Source: Eledone cirrhosa
Lineage: Eukaryota
Direction: 5' to 3'
DNA: 64,000 nucleotides
Assembly: GCA_964016885.1 (NCBI GenBank)
Contig: OZ024759.1
Coordinates: 35,340,001-35,404,000, forward strand
The translations under genes and the position numbers were made by a program. Below the pieces are notes generated by a model that did not search any database, was not told the origin of the DNA, and saw only the letters and a list, made by a program, of their open reading frames with translations. Below, piece after piece: positions 1 to 11,633 of the stretch. How positions within the stretch are numbered: position 1 is the first letter of the stretch; the number at the start of each line of letters is the position of its first letter.

Positions 1-166
1 CAAGCCTTCCATGCTAGTCTTTTGTCTCTAATGGCCTTATCTACTGTGCTGTTCCACCACCAGGTCACTCTCTGTCTGGTTGGAGCTCTGCTCCAGCCAC
101 AAGTTTCATGAGTAGCCTGCAGTAAGTTGTCACGTAATAAATTCCAGTTATTATCTATGCCATACG

Positions 167-212
<46 letters not shown>

Positions 213-314
213 TAAGTATTTCCGTAATATATATATAAATATATATATAAATATTTAATATAGAAATGGCTTCTACAGGACTAGAACTGTTTCATTCGGG
301 AGAAATCATCAGTA

Positions 315-372
315 AGTGGCTTCCTTATGATTTCTCCCGAATGAAACAGTTCTTAGTCCTGTAGAAGCCATT
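315..372 (+). ncRNA. Type I hammerhead fold, family A, core mutated (CUUAUGA), inside a 246-391 palindrome
   Basis: AGTGGCTTC-CTTATGA-TTTCTCCCGAAT-GAAACAG..CTGTA-GAAGCCATT. The inverted arm carries an intact CTGATGA on the minus strand (306-312). Confidence 0.65.
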
Positions 373-495
373 TCTATATTAAATATTTATACTCCGCTAT
401 GTATTGAGTACCTTACTTACTGTGGTTACACCCGATTGGACCCGGGATAAACTTATATATATATATATATACATACACACACACATATATATATA

Positions 496-554
<59 letters not shown>

Positions 555-774
555 TACTAATACTTTGGCCTAATTTTATCAACAGTAGTTTCCACGAAAA
601 CAGCCAATCCTTTCAACAAATGATGAGACAGGAAATCACCAATCTCTACCAAATTACCTCACACATTGCATTCTCAGCAATTTCTCAACCATATAATACT
701 CATAGCTGCTGCTGTTGTTTTTAAAAAAAGATTAGGACAGTCATGAAGTTATCTCCCTTGGTTTTCTTCTTCTT

Positions 775-1032
775 CGCCCACTTATACCTGAGAGGGTCGT
801 GGGGTCAGAGACCTCAAACACTGCCTTCCAGTAGGTCCTGTCAGAAGCAACCGTCTCCAACTGAATCCCCAAGCAAGATCAGCCAAGCTCATGAATGTTA
901 TCCAACCATCTTGCTCGGGGTTTACCCCTGGGTCTCCTGCCAGTTGGTTTTGCCTGTAAAATCTGTCCAGTGATTCTTTCCTGAGACATTCTAACCACAT
1001 GTCCTTAGTATTGGAGCTGTGATCTCTCAATT
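775..1032 (-). mobile_element. RTE-clade LINE 3' fragment
   Basis: Homologous to 17880-18145 and 59041-59280, which encode QLRYYGHVVRM..ERIT..RRPRGRPR..W. Confidence 0.75.
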
Positions 1033-1089
1033 CGGATATATATATATGTCATCTGAGTTTTTCGAATATTAATAATGACATTATTATTA

Positions 1090-1120
<31 letters not shown>

Positions 1121-1513
1121 TTGGTGCCACAACATCCAGGCCGAAACAAATGAGATCGTGTAGGTGTCACGACAAAAAACACACAGTCCACGCTGTAATG
1201 TGGTCGTGTAGGCAACACGGTAAAAACCTCCCAGTCCCACACGGTAAATGTGGTTGGTGTTAGGAAGGGCATCCAGCTGTAGAAAACCCGCCAGACAGTC
1301 CACGCTGTAATGTGGCCGTGTAGGCAACACGGTAAAAACCTCCCAGCCCCACACTGTAAATGTGGTTGGTGTTAGGAAGGGCATCCAGCTGTAGAAAACC
1401 CGCCAGACAGTCCTATGCGAGCAAGACAACCACTCTTGCCTCAAGTGGGAAAACTCCCGTCCAAACCCATGCAAGAGTGGAACATGGACGTTAAACGATG
1501 ATGATGATGATGA
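1121..1513 (+). mobile_element. SINE/RTE-tail element with internal duplication and (GAT)n tail
   Basis: GTTAGGAAGGGCATCCAGCTGTAGAAA...GGACGTTAAAC(GAT)n; an inverted homologue lies at 28150-28440. Confidence 0.7.
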
Positions 1514-1520
1514 TATATAC

Positions 1521-1551
<31 letters not shown>

Positions 1552-1596
1552 GTGATGAAACATAAGTCAATTGCATGAACTCATAATCCTTTATTT

Positions 1597-1652
1597 ACTG
1601 CTATATATATTTCAATGATAGCCATTGAATGGCTATGACCTCATCAGGCAGT
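1597..1652 (-). ncRNA. Minimal type I hammerhead ribozyme
   Basis: Minus strand: ACTGC-CTGATGA-GGTCATAGCCATTCAATGGCTATCATT-GAAA-TATATATA-GCAGT. Perfect helix I, ATAGCCAT/ATGGCTAT helix II, palindromic helix III, AUA site. Confidence 0.8.
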
Positions 1653-2102
1653 TAGTCAGTTCTTAGATATGCCAGCTCTGTGTTTATAGTGTTGATGGTA
1701 TCAGAGCCTTGGGACATATGAGCTTGTTAGGAATAATTTAATGTTGTCAGCAGGAATAGTCTTAATTCTCATTGGTCAGTTTGTAGATGCTAGTAGGGTT
1801 GGTATTTGACCTCAAAGAGATCTGTGGTGTTGTAAAGTTCAAACCATCAGGCAAGATGACAATAGTTCCATATGACTGTTTTTCACAAAAAGCATTCCTG
1901 GTCAGATATATATTCAATTAAGGTTAATAGTATGAAATAGATACTACAGGTCATTCTTATATTGAGGTATTTATGTGGAGTGGTGGTACTGAAAATTATG
2001 GTTAGACTAGAAAATTTACAAATAAAAAGACTTTTTTCCCATATATGTATGTGTATATATATATATATACTGTAGATATATTTTTTTTTCATTTTTTTTT
2101 TT

Positions 2103-2347
2103 TTCATTTTACGTCCGCTTTTTCCCTGCTTGCAAGGGTGGGACGGGAACTGATTCTGGCTTGATTTCTACAGCTGGATGCCCTTCCTAACACCAACCTC
2201 ATTTACAGTGGAATGATAGGGACCCAAGTCCCTATCATCTCATTTCTACAGCTGAGTAAACTGGAGCAATGTGAAATAAAGTGTGTTGCTCAAGGAAACA
2301 ACACATCACCCGGTCTGAGAATTGAACTCACAACCTTTCGATTGCAA
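2103..2347 (-). mobile_element. tRNA-derived SINE family B
   Basis: Reverse complement of 47800-48155. Confidence 0.75.
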
Positions 2348-2414
2348 GGTATATATATATATACATACCCTTGCAAGCAGTGAAAAGCGGACGTAAAATG
2401 ATGATGATGATATA

Positions 2415-2459
<45 letters not shown>

Positions 2460-2709
2460 CATATATGGGAAAAGAGTCAGGACCTGACACCTGAGCTCCA
2501 GCCATTTCGACAGTTAGATCCGGACTAAGTCACCATATATATATATAAAAATTGGAATAAATGCTCTGAAATAGCGATATATATGTGAATACAGACATAG
2601 AATATTCGAAAATATTCTGTATGTTTATAATAAACATTTTGGAGACCTAATCGCTATAGAATAGAATACGTCACGTATTACAATTAGATTCTCGATAAAA
2701 GCAAGGGAA

Positions 2710-2752
2710 GTAATCTACGCGTTTCATTCTCGTTAGAAATCATCAGGACTAC
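2710..2752 (-). ncRNA. Minimal type I hammerhead ribozyme, family B (inverted monomer)
   Basis: Exact reverse complement of 2897-2939. Confidence 0.8.
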
Positions 2753-2896
2753 ATATCCAGTGCTTTTATCGAGAATGACACAGCTAGAGACTTATAGAAT
2801 ACTTAGCTGTGTATAGGAACTGGTTTGAAAGAGCGGTTGCCGGTCCGGCAGAAATCAGAAATTAGCTGTGTCATTCTCGATAAAAGCACTGGATAT

Positions 2897-2939
2897 GTAG
2901 TCCTGATGATTTCTAACGAGAATGAAACGCGTAGATTAC
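2897..2939 (+). ncRNA. Minimal type I hammerhead ribozyme, family B
   Basis: GTAGTC-CTGATGA-TTTCTAACGAGAAT-GAAACGCGTA-GATTAC. Helix I GTAGTC/GATTAC, helix II TTCT/AGAA, palindromic ACGCGT helix III, GUA site. Confidence 0.85.
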
Positions 2940-3206
2940 TTCCCTTGCTTTTATCGAGAATCTAATTGTAATACGTGACGTATTCTATTCTATAGCGATT
3001 AGGTCTCCAAAATGTTTATTATAAACATACAGAATATTTTCGAATATTCTATGTCTGTATTCACATATATATCGCTATTTCAGAGCATTTATTCCAATTT
3101 CTGATTTCTGCCGGACCGGCAACCGCTCTTTCAAACCAGTTCCTGTACACAGCTAAGTATTCTATAAGTCTCTAGCTGTGTCATTCTCGATAAAAGCACT
3201 GGATAT

Positions 3207-3249
3207 GTAGTCCTGATGATTTCTAACGAGAATGAAACGCGTAGATTAC
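3207..3249 (+). ncRNA. Minimal type I hammerhead ribozyme, family B (second tandem copy)
   Basis: Identical to 2897-2939, exactly 310 bp downstream. Confidence 0.85.
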
Positions 3250-3369
3250 TTCCCTTGCTTTTATCGAGAATCTAATTGTAATACGTGACGTATTCTATTC
3301 TATAGCGATTAGGTCTCCAAAATGTTTATTATAAACATACAGAATATTTTCGAATATTCTATGTCTGTA

Positions 3370-3405
<36 letters not shown>

Positions 3406-3442
3406 AACTGTTCTCTTTCCTGACATTTGTACATTATTCTAT

Positions 3443-3630
3443 GTGGTGGATTGGCAGTATCGGCAGAGGGTCAGACATGCTTTCCACCAGAGTTACGTCC
3501 CTTTACAATCTGAGTTCAAATCCCGCCGAGGTTAACTTTGCCTTTCATCCTTACGGGGTCGATAAAATAAAGTACCAGTAATGCACTGGGTTATTGCTGG
3601 CCTTGTGCCAATAGTAGAAACAATTATTAT
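3443..3630 (+). mobile_element. tRNA-derived SINE family A (conserved central domain GCCTTTCATCCTTACGGGGTCGATAAAATAAAGTACCAG)
   Basis: A-box TGGCAGTATCGG and B-box GAGTTCAAATC. Further copies near 35690, 37205, 38677, 39548, 40038, 48515, 55205, 55430 and 61560. Confidence 0.8.
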
Positions 3631-4239
3631 TATACAGAAACATAATGTTTCTAGAGCTGGTGCCATTATAAAATACACTGGGTAAGGCGTGTGACTGTGT
3701 GTAAGATGTGGACCTTTAGGCGTGTCTAGGATATCAGGAGTCTTGCATGAGTGTAATAATGACTCCGTCTGTAAAGACCCACCCAACCCATGCCAGCAGG
3801 GAAAATGGATGTTAAATGATGATGATATATATATATCTAAACTGATACGTGCATATATGTATGTGTACCTGTATGCATATGTATGTATATATGTATATAT
3901 ATATATATATGTGCATGCTACTGTACGTCTGTATACATATATGTATGTACGTATACATGCATACTTACATTTAAGTAAGTGCCATACTAAGAGTGAGAAA
4001 TGAAATTTCGTTTTCATTTTGTTTCAATTTATATATATTTAGATATATATATATATACACATGGCACATATATATATATACACACATATATATATATACA
4101 CATATATATATACACACACAGGCACATGTATATATATGCAAAAAGTAAATGGAAACAACAAACCAAACAACACAGTACAATGAAGAAATATATTACATAA
4201 TGTTATAGAAATATATTACATAATGTTTGTTATGATCAC

Positions 4240-4885
4240 ATGATGATGACGATGGTGATGGTGATGAGGATCTATCACCACCACCACCATCACCACCATC
4301 ACCACCATCATCACCACCACCACCACCATCATCACCACCACCACCATAACAATCATCACCACCACCATCACCACCATCATAACAATCATCACCACCACCA
4401 CCACCACCATCACCACCATCATAACAATCATCACCATCATCATCACCACCACCACCACAATCATCACCACCACCATCACCACCACCATCATAACAATCAT
4501 CACCACCACCACCACAATCATCACCACCACCACCATAACAATCATCACCACCACCATCACCACCATCATAACAATCATCACCACCACCACCACCACAATC
4601 ATCACCACCACCATCACCACCACCATAACAATCATCACCACCACCATCACCACCATCATAACAATCATCACCACCACCACCACAATCATCACCACCACCA
4701 CCATAACAATCATCATCACCACCATCACCACCACCATAACAATCATCACCACCACCATCACCACCACCATCACCACCATCATCACAATCACCACCACCAT
4801 AACAATCATCACCACCACCATCACCACCATCACCACCACAATCACCACCACCATAACAATCATCACCATCACCACCACCACCATC
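4240..4885. repeat. (CAC/CAT/AAC)n trinucleotide array
   Basis: Direct reading; source of spurious poly-His and Gly/Asp ORFs. Confidence 0.95.
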
Positions 4886-5741
4886 AGTTAAAGCCTGTTG
4901 TACCCCTGCTAGCAACGGTTGGACCATCCCTTGAATATGAGACATCAACAACCTCTCCCCCTTCACACCCAGAGGAGAAAACTTAGAGGCCCCCCCCCCC
5001 GTCTTGTGATGGATGAGGGTGGGGGTCTGTTGGGAGTGTGTAAGGGTGGGTGTATGTGTGAGGGTGTGTGTGTGAGGGGGGATGTATGTGTGAGAGTGTG
5101 GAGTGTGAGGGTGTGTGTGTGAGGGTGGGGATGTATGTAAGGGTGGGTGTATGTGTGAGGGTGGGGACGAGGGGTGTGTGCGCGCGTGAGGGTGGGGTGG
5201 GGGGGTCGCTGTGAGGATGTGTGTATATGTGTGTGTGTGTTGGGGGGAGAGAGAGAGAGAGATGTTAAGAAATAGGCCAGCAAACATGCCCCCCTCCCCC
5301 CATATCTCCCTACAACAACAACAACCAGAGGCAGTGAGTAGCCAATAGAATGGTTCTATGTTCTGGGACAGAGCCAGGATGTAATTAGTTGATACAATAA
5401 TTGTTTTTACTTTAGGCACAAGGCCAGCAATTCCCTCAGTACACTACTGGTACTTTATTTGCACTGGGGTAATTGCTGGCCTTGTGCCAAAAAGTAGAAA
5501 ATTATTCTATCAACTAATTACATCCTGACTCTGTCCCAGAACATAGAACCATTGTTGTAGGGAGATATGGGGGCGGGGGGAGGGGAATTACGAGTGATAT
5601 ATAGAGAGGGGGGAGGGGGGTACTAAAGACCACTAGCAATGTCTGTTGAAATCGTGTCCCCCCCCTCCTCCTGCTACTGAAATTGTTTTTTGTTTGTTTT
5701 GGTGTTTTTATCAGAGATATGTTTACAGGGAAATATACTGT

Positions 5742-6115
5742 CAACAACAACAACAACAACAGTGACAACAACAACAACAACAACAGTGACAATAACAACA
5801 ACAACAATAACAACAACAGCAGTGACAATAACAACAACAACAATAACAACAATAACAGTGACAATAACAACAACAGCAGCAGTGACAATAACAACAACAA
5901 CAATAACAACAACAACAGTGACAACAACAACAGTAACAATAACAACAACGACAATAACAACAACAACAGTAACAATAACAACAACAACAACAACAGTAAC
6001 AAGAACAACAACGACAATAACAACAACAACAATAACAACAACAATAACAACAATAACAATAACAACAACAACAACAGTAACAATAACAACAACAATAACA
6101 ACAACAACAGTGACA
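5742..6115. repeat. (AAC/AAT)n array
   Basis: Direct reading. Confidence 0.95.
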
Positions 6116-6511
6116 ATATATATATAATATTAGGGATACTATTTATGGTTATGTATATATTAAAACTTTTTATAGTTATATATATTTTAAACCCTAAACA
6201 GTGAAGGTCAGTAATATATTACTACCGTATTACCAGTAAGATAAATAGCTCAATGTAATAACATCAGTTGCTCTACAGAGCAGTTATATAGAATTCACAA
6301 GAATCAAAGCTATGTTCAAAGCATTTATTCACTTACAATTGTTTCCTCCAAACCTAGGCTTGGAGTCTTCGGACCATTGTTCAATGTTTGTACACATAAT
6401 TGACCTCCCAACGCAAGAGACATACAGATACACATATATATATATTGATGTACAGTGGAGTGGCATATATTATACTATACTATTTTTGTACAGCAATTCA
6501 AACTCAAATTC

Positions 6512-6611
6512 AAAATAAAAATAAAAATAAAAATAAAAATAAAAATAAAAATAAAAATAAAAATAAAAATAAAAATAAAAATAAAAATAAAAATAAAAAT
6601 TAAAATTAAAA
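6512..6611. repeat. (AAAAAT)n
   Basis: Direct reading. Confidence 0.95.
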
Positions 6612-7035
6612 TACATTCGGCAGATAGCACAGGTACAGCAAGAGGATAGTTTGATAGTCAGGTCTATTAGGTAGTGTATGCGTTAGTTACACGTGGAGCA
6701 TGCAAGTGTGTCTCATTTTTATACTATTATTGTGTGGCAGGGTGTTACACGTAATGCAAGCACTTTAAGCAGGTAAGCAAGAGTATTATGGTGGTTGTAG
6801 TGGTAGGGTATTTTTGTATAGAACAAAAAAGTATGTGTGCAGAAAAATAAAAATAAAAAGAAGAAGCAAAAGAAAGTTATGGTTTTCGTATCCACCACCA
6901 TTTTCACATTCAAATATATATATATATATATTAATATATATATATATATACATATGTGTGTGTGTGTGTCCGTCCAGGGTTCAATCGGGGGTAACCTCAG
7001 TAAGGTACTCAATACATTAGTAGAGTGTATACAAC

Positions 7036-7117
7036 ATTTAATATAGAAATGGCTTTTCTGATGATTTCCTTTGAATGAAACAGCTCTAGTCCTGTAGAAG
7101 CCATTTCTATATTAAAT
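7036..7117 (+). ncRNA. Type I hammerhead ribozyme, family A, intact core
   Basis: ATTTAATATAGAAATGGCTTTT-CTGATGA-TTTCCTTTGAAT-GAAACAG-CTCTAGTC-CTGTA-GAAGCCATTTCTATATTAAAT. ~21-bp helix I, ACAG/CTGT helix III, GUA site. Confidence 0.8.
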
Positions 7118-7194
7118 TTGTTATGTTCAGATCTAGGTGTCGAAACGGCCAAAGCTCTGCCGTCGGGGTCTTGAACATTTTCCTGTATATATAT

Positions 7195-7505
7195 CATCAT
7201 CATCATCATCTTACGTCCGCTTTTCCCTGCTTGCAAGGGTGGGACGGGAACTGATTCTGGCTTGATTTCTACAGCTGGATGCCCTTCCTAACATTTACAG
7301 TGTGGGCTGGGTGCTTTTTTGCCGTGGCACCTCCACGTCCACTTTGCAGTGGGTGCTGGGGACCCCAGTCCCTATCATCTCATTTCTACAGCTGAGTAAA
7401 CTGGAGCAATGTGAAATTAAGTGTCTTGCTCAACACATCACCCGGTCTGAGAATTGAACTCACAACCATTCGATTGCAAGGCCAATGCTCTAACCACTAA
7501 GCCAT
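7195..7505 (-). mobile_element. tRNA-derived SINE family B
   Basis: Full head (GGCTTAGTGGTTAGAGC..GAGTTCAATTC) through to a (GAT)n tail on the minus strand. Confidence 0.8.
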
Positions 7506-7508
7506 GTG

Positions 7509-7627
<119 letters not shown>

Positions 7628-7927
7628 CGGACGGAAAATGGTTGATGAACCGTGTGGCAGCAGATACTGACCAGAACTCGTGATGACGTGGAGTAAAAAC
7701 AGCCAATGGCATGACAAGAGTGGAAATAGGGTTTTTTGAGGGTGTTGTTTGATGATAACACCCCAGTGATAAAATTTGCTCCGGACGAAACACCAGTGTC
7801 CGAAAGAACCCGCAGAAGTAGAATCAGCCAGATCCATACAAGGACCATGACTCGAGCTACATGCCGGCGAAACATTTGTAACACGAAATAAACTAAGTCC
7901 AGATGCAGCACTGATTTTTGGTTTTCC

Positions 7928-8024
<97 letters not shown>

Positions 8025-8494
8025 TTTATACACATGCTATATTACGCAATATATTTAAACATGTGTCAATGTCAGAATTACTAATAATTATTGATAAATG
8101 AAATATTGAACTGCAATATCTATGACTCAGTGATTTCCTCACCACAGCTCATGACTATATTTATATATATCTGAATCACGATATCAGAGAAACAGATCGA
8201 TATTGGTGACAAGTTCGTGACACCTAGATAGACCTTGAGCCAACCATCTGTGAAACATGTGGAACTGGTTGATAATGAGTAAACAGGGAAAAGCGGAAGT
8301 ATGATGATGATGATGTAATATCTCAGGAGAGACCCTCTCCCATGCACTCCAATACATAAGCGAGATAAGAGACCCCTAGCCTGTCAGAGAGGGCTGTAGG
8401 CCCCACTTCAGTACTGACTTGATCTATGGAGACCTGGCCAACCCTTGTTAGTAGGGAAAGTGGCTTTTAAAACAACGATGATGATGATGATGAG

Positions 8495-8526
<32 letters not shown>

Positions 8527-8791
8527 AATACATATAAATATATACATTATATGTATATATATATATACACACAAATACATATAAATATATACATTATATG
8601 TATATATATATATACACACAAATACATATAAATATATACATTATATGTATATATATACATACACACAAATACATATAAATATATACATTATATGTGTATA
8701 TATATATATATATATATTTATTAAAATAACAGATTAAAATTTAAGCAAAGAATCGCTGCTTTCACCCTTAACGGGATCTTCTGAAACTCAT

Positions 8792-9525
8792 AATGAAATA
8801 CACTGTCTATGTCATTAACCCTTTCATTACCATATTTCTAATGAAAGACACTGTCTATGTCATTAACCCTTTCATTACCATATTTCTAATGAAAGACACT
8901 GTCTATGTCATTAACCCTTTCATTACCATATTTCTAATGAAAGACACTGTCTCTGTCATTAACCCTTTCATTACCATATTTTTAATGAAAGACACTGTCT
9001 ATATTATTAACCCTTTCATTACCATATTTCTAATGAAAGACACTGTCTATGTCATTAACCCTTTCATTACCATATTTCTAATGAAATACACTGTCTCTGT
9101 CATTAACCCTTTCATTACCATATATCTAATGAAAGACACTGTCTATGTCATTAACCATTTCATTACCATATTTCTAATGAAAGACACTGTCTATATCATT
9201 AACCCTTTCATTACCATATTTCTAATGAAAGACACTGTCTATGTCATTAACCCTTTCATTACCATATTTCTAATGAAATACACTGTCTCTGTCATTAACC
9301 CTTTCATTACCATATTTCTAATGAAAGACACTGTCTATATTATTAACCCTTTCATTACCATATATCTAATGAAAGACACTGTCTCTGTCATTAACCCTTT
9401 CATTACCATATTTCTAATGAAAGATACTGTCTATGTCATTAACCCTTTCATTACCATATTTCTAATGAAAGACACTGTCTATGTCTTTAACCCTTTCATT
9501 ACCATATTTCTAATGAAAGACACTG
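8792..9525. repeat. 48-bp minisatellite (~15 copies) from a TTAACCCTTT transposon end; related array at 33290-33535
   Basis: Unit CTAATGAAAGACACTGTCTATGTCATTAACCCTTTCATTACCATATTT. Confidence 0.9.
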
Positions 9526-10502
9526 CCTACGATGTTCAATGAATTTTTTAAATAATCAAGAATTTGGAGGGCTTTAGTAATATAACTAACTTTCTCATTA
9601 TTAAGCTGGTGTTTGGGACATAACTTAACAAAGGTTCTTACATGAAATTATAATGCAAAGTTTTCAGATAAATACAAACATCTTAAGACAAACAGTTTTT
9701 TTTTTATTGTAGAACCTTAAGTGATATCAAAAGGTTTGATGTGATTCAAAATTGTTGTTGTTGTTGTTGTTGTTTAGTCCTAGGTTAATCAACTCTGTAT
9801 TGATTACAGGTCAGTAATCCCTTAGTGGTTATTGATCTAAAGTCTATTTGACAGTTAGGTGACTATCTATTTAACAGAGATCAATATCAATCAGAACTTT
9901 ATGAAACAATCTGTCAATAGCTAAAACTTTTATGAGAGTAAACATAGTGAATCAGAGAAGTATTGGAAAGCACTATAAATGCCAGAAATGACAGGAAAAG
10001 AGAGAGGACTGTTAGGTTAAACATAGAGAAACAAAGAATAGTATTGGAAAGCACTATAAATGCCAGAAATGAGAGGAAAAGAGAAAGGACTGTTAGGTTA
10101 AACAGAGAGAAACAAAGAACAGTATTGGAAAGCACTATAAATGTTGGAAACGAGAGGAAGAGCGAGGATTGTTGGGCAACGAAAGAAAGGAGGAAGTAGG
10201 GAGGGTGACAGACTTTACACCTTGGTCAGAGTGGTGTTTCGGTTGTACCCCTCAGACAAAATGGCAAAGACATTTCCGCAGATAATATATATACTAGATC
10301 ACCTGTGACAATATATATACTAGATCACCTGTGACAATATATATACTAGATCACCTGTGACAATATATATATAAACTCTTCTTTGTATTGAGTATTTTCT
10401 CTCAGCTCTCAACTACATATGGATATATACAGGATGTCCCCCAAAAATGTAAATACATATATATCGGATCTAACTGAGCTCAGCTGTCGGTGTCCTGACT
10501 CT

Positions 10503-10541
<39 letters not shown>

Positions 10542-10879
10542 GATAAATCTACCAAAAGTTTACGGTAGTGTCCAATCCGTATGAAGAACTCAATGTAATC
10601 CGGATATCATGAAAAGAAGAGATGCATTCAAAAATCACTTTCGGTGAAAGATAAACGGAATACAGAGTCAAGATAAAATATTAAAAAAATAATGAATAAA
10701 ACAAAGAAACAGTTCCTTATATTAAACAAAAAAAGTTCATTATTTAACGATCGTTTCTAGGACATATATGTGTTAGAATTGGCATGCATATTCAAAAGAT
10801 CTATGTACAAAATTATACAAACTATCAAGGAGAATATACATACCATCACATATATATGCTGTCTTCAGAAATAATCATG

Positions 10880-11016
10880 ATTATTTCTGAAGACAGCATA
10901 TATATGTGATGGTATGTATATTCTCCTTGATAGTTTGTATAATTTTGTACATAGATCTTTTGAATATGCATACCAATTCTAACACATATATGTCCTAGAA
11001 ACGATCGTAAAATAAT
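10880..11016 (+). ncRNA. Hammerhead fold with ~100-nt expanded helix II domain; mirror copy on minus strand
   Basis: ATTATTT-CTGAAGA-[~104 nt closed by CATATATATGTG/CACATATATG]-GAAACGATCGTA-AAATAAT. Helix I perfect, helix III is the palindrome ACGATCGT. Confidence 0.65.
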
Positions 11017-11155
11017 GAACTTTTTTTGTTTAATATAAGGAACTGTTTCTTTGTTTTATTCATTATTTTTTTAATATTTTTTATATATATATATATATAA
11101 ATATAATATTATTCAAAATATTAATAAATGAAAAATATTCTCATAACCAAAATAT

Positions 11156-11220
11156 ATATTCTATTATACATATTTCAAAGGTACAATGGTGTTTAAGTAC
11201 GTTTTCATCAGACAAAATAT
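11156..11220 (-). ncRNA. Minimal type I hammerhead ribozyme, family D
   Basis: Minus strand: ATATTTTGT-CTGATGA-AAACGTAC..GTACCTTT-GAAA-TATGTATA-ATAGAATAT. Confidence 0.7.
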
Positions 11221-11279
11221 ATGAGAGATTTGATATGCGACATACCGCTACTGTTTTGATCATTCAATTCCAATAGTGG

Positions 11280-11371
<92 letters not shown>

Positions 11372-11410
11372 ATATTAAATAAATGGAAACTATATTTCTA
11401 AAACCATATT

Positions 11411-11472
11411 TATTCTATTATATATATTTCAAGGGTACCAAAAATGTTGGTACGCTATCATCAGATAAAATA
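11411..11472 (-). ncRNA. Minimal type I hammerhead, family E (inverted arm)
   Basis: Reverse complement of 11572-11633 with a few substitutions in helix II. Confidence 0.7.
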
Positions 11473-11571
11473 CAAAATGTTTTATAAATATTTGACATGA
11501 CCAAGGATAACTTGAACCATTCATTAAGGTATATTATCCTTGGTCATGTCAAATATTTATAAAACATTTTG

Positions 11572-11633
11572 TATTTTATCTGATGATAGCGTACCAAAAT
11601 TTTTGGTACGCTTGAAATATATATAATAGAATA
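11572..11633 (+). ncRNA. Minimal type I hammerhead ribozyme, family E
   Basis: TATTTTAT-CTGATGA-T-AGCGTACCAAAA..TTTTGGTACGCT-T-GAAA-TATATATA-ATAGAATA. Long perfect helix II, AUA site. Confidence 0.8.

Larger units (their letters stand above)
2549..3373. mobile_element. Retrozyme/Penelope-pLTR-like array: one inverted 310-bp monomer plus ~1.6 direct monomers
   Basis: 2549-2862 is the reverse complement of a circularly permuted monomer; 2863-3373 repeats with a 310-bp period; (TA)n on both sides. Confidence 0.75.

Noticed and set aside
4193-5419. Poly-His or Gly/Asp/Cys-rich ORFs resembling a structural protein
   Set aside because: Trinucleotide array open in several frames with no supported splice context; the short unique peptide at 4887-4986 could not be validated.
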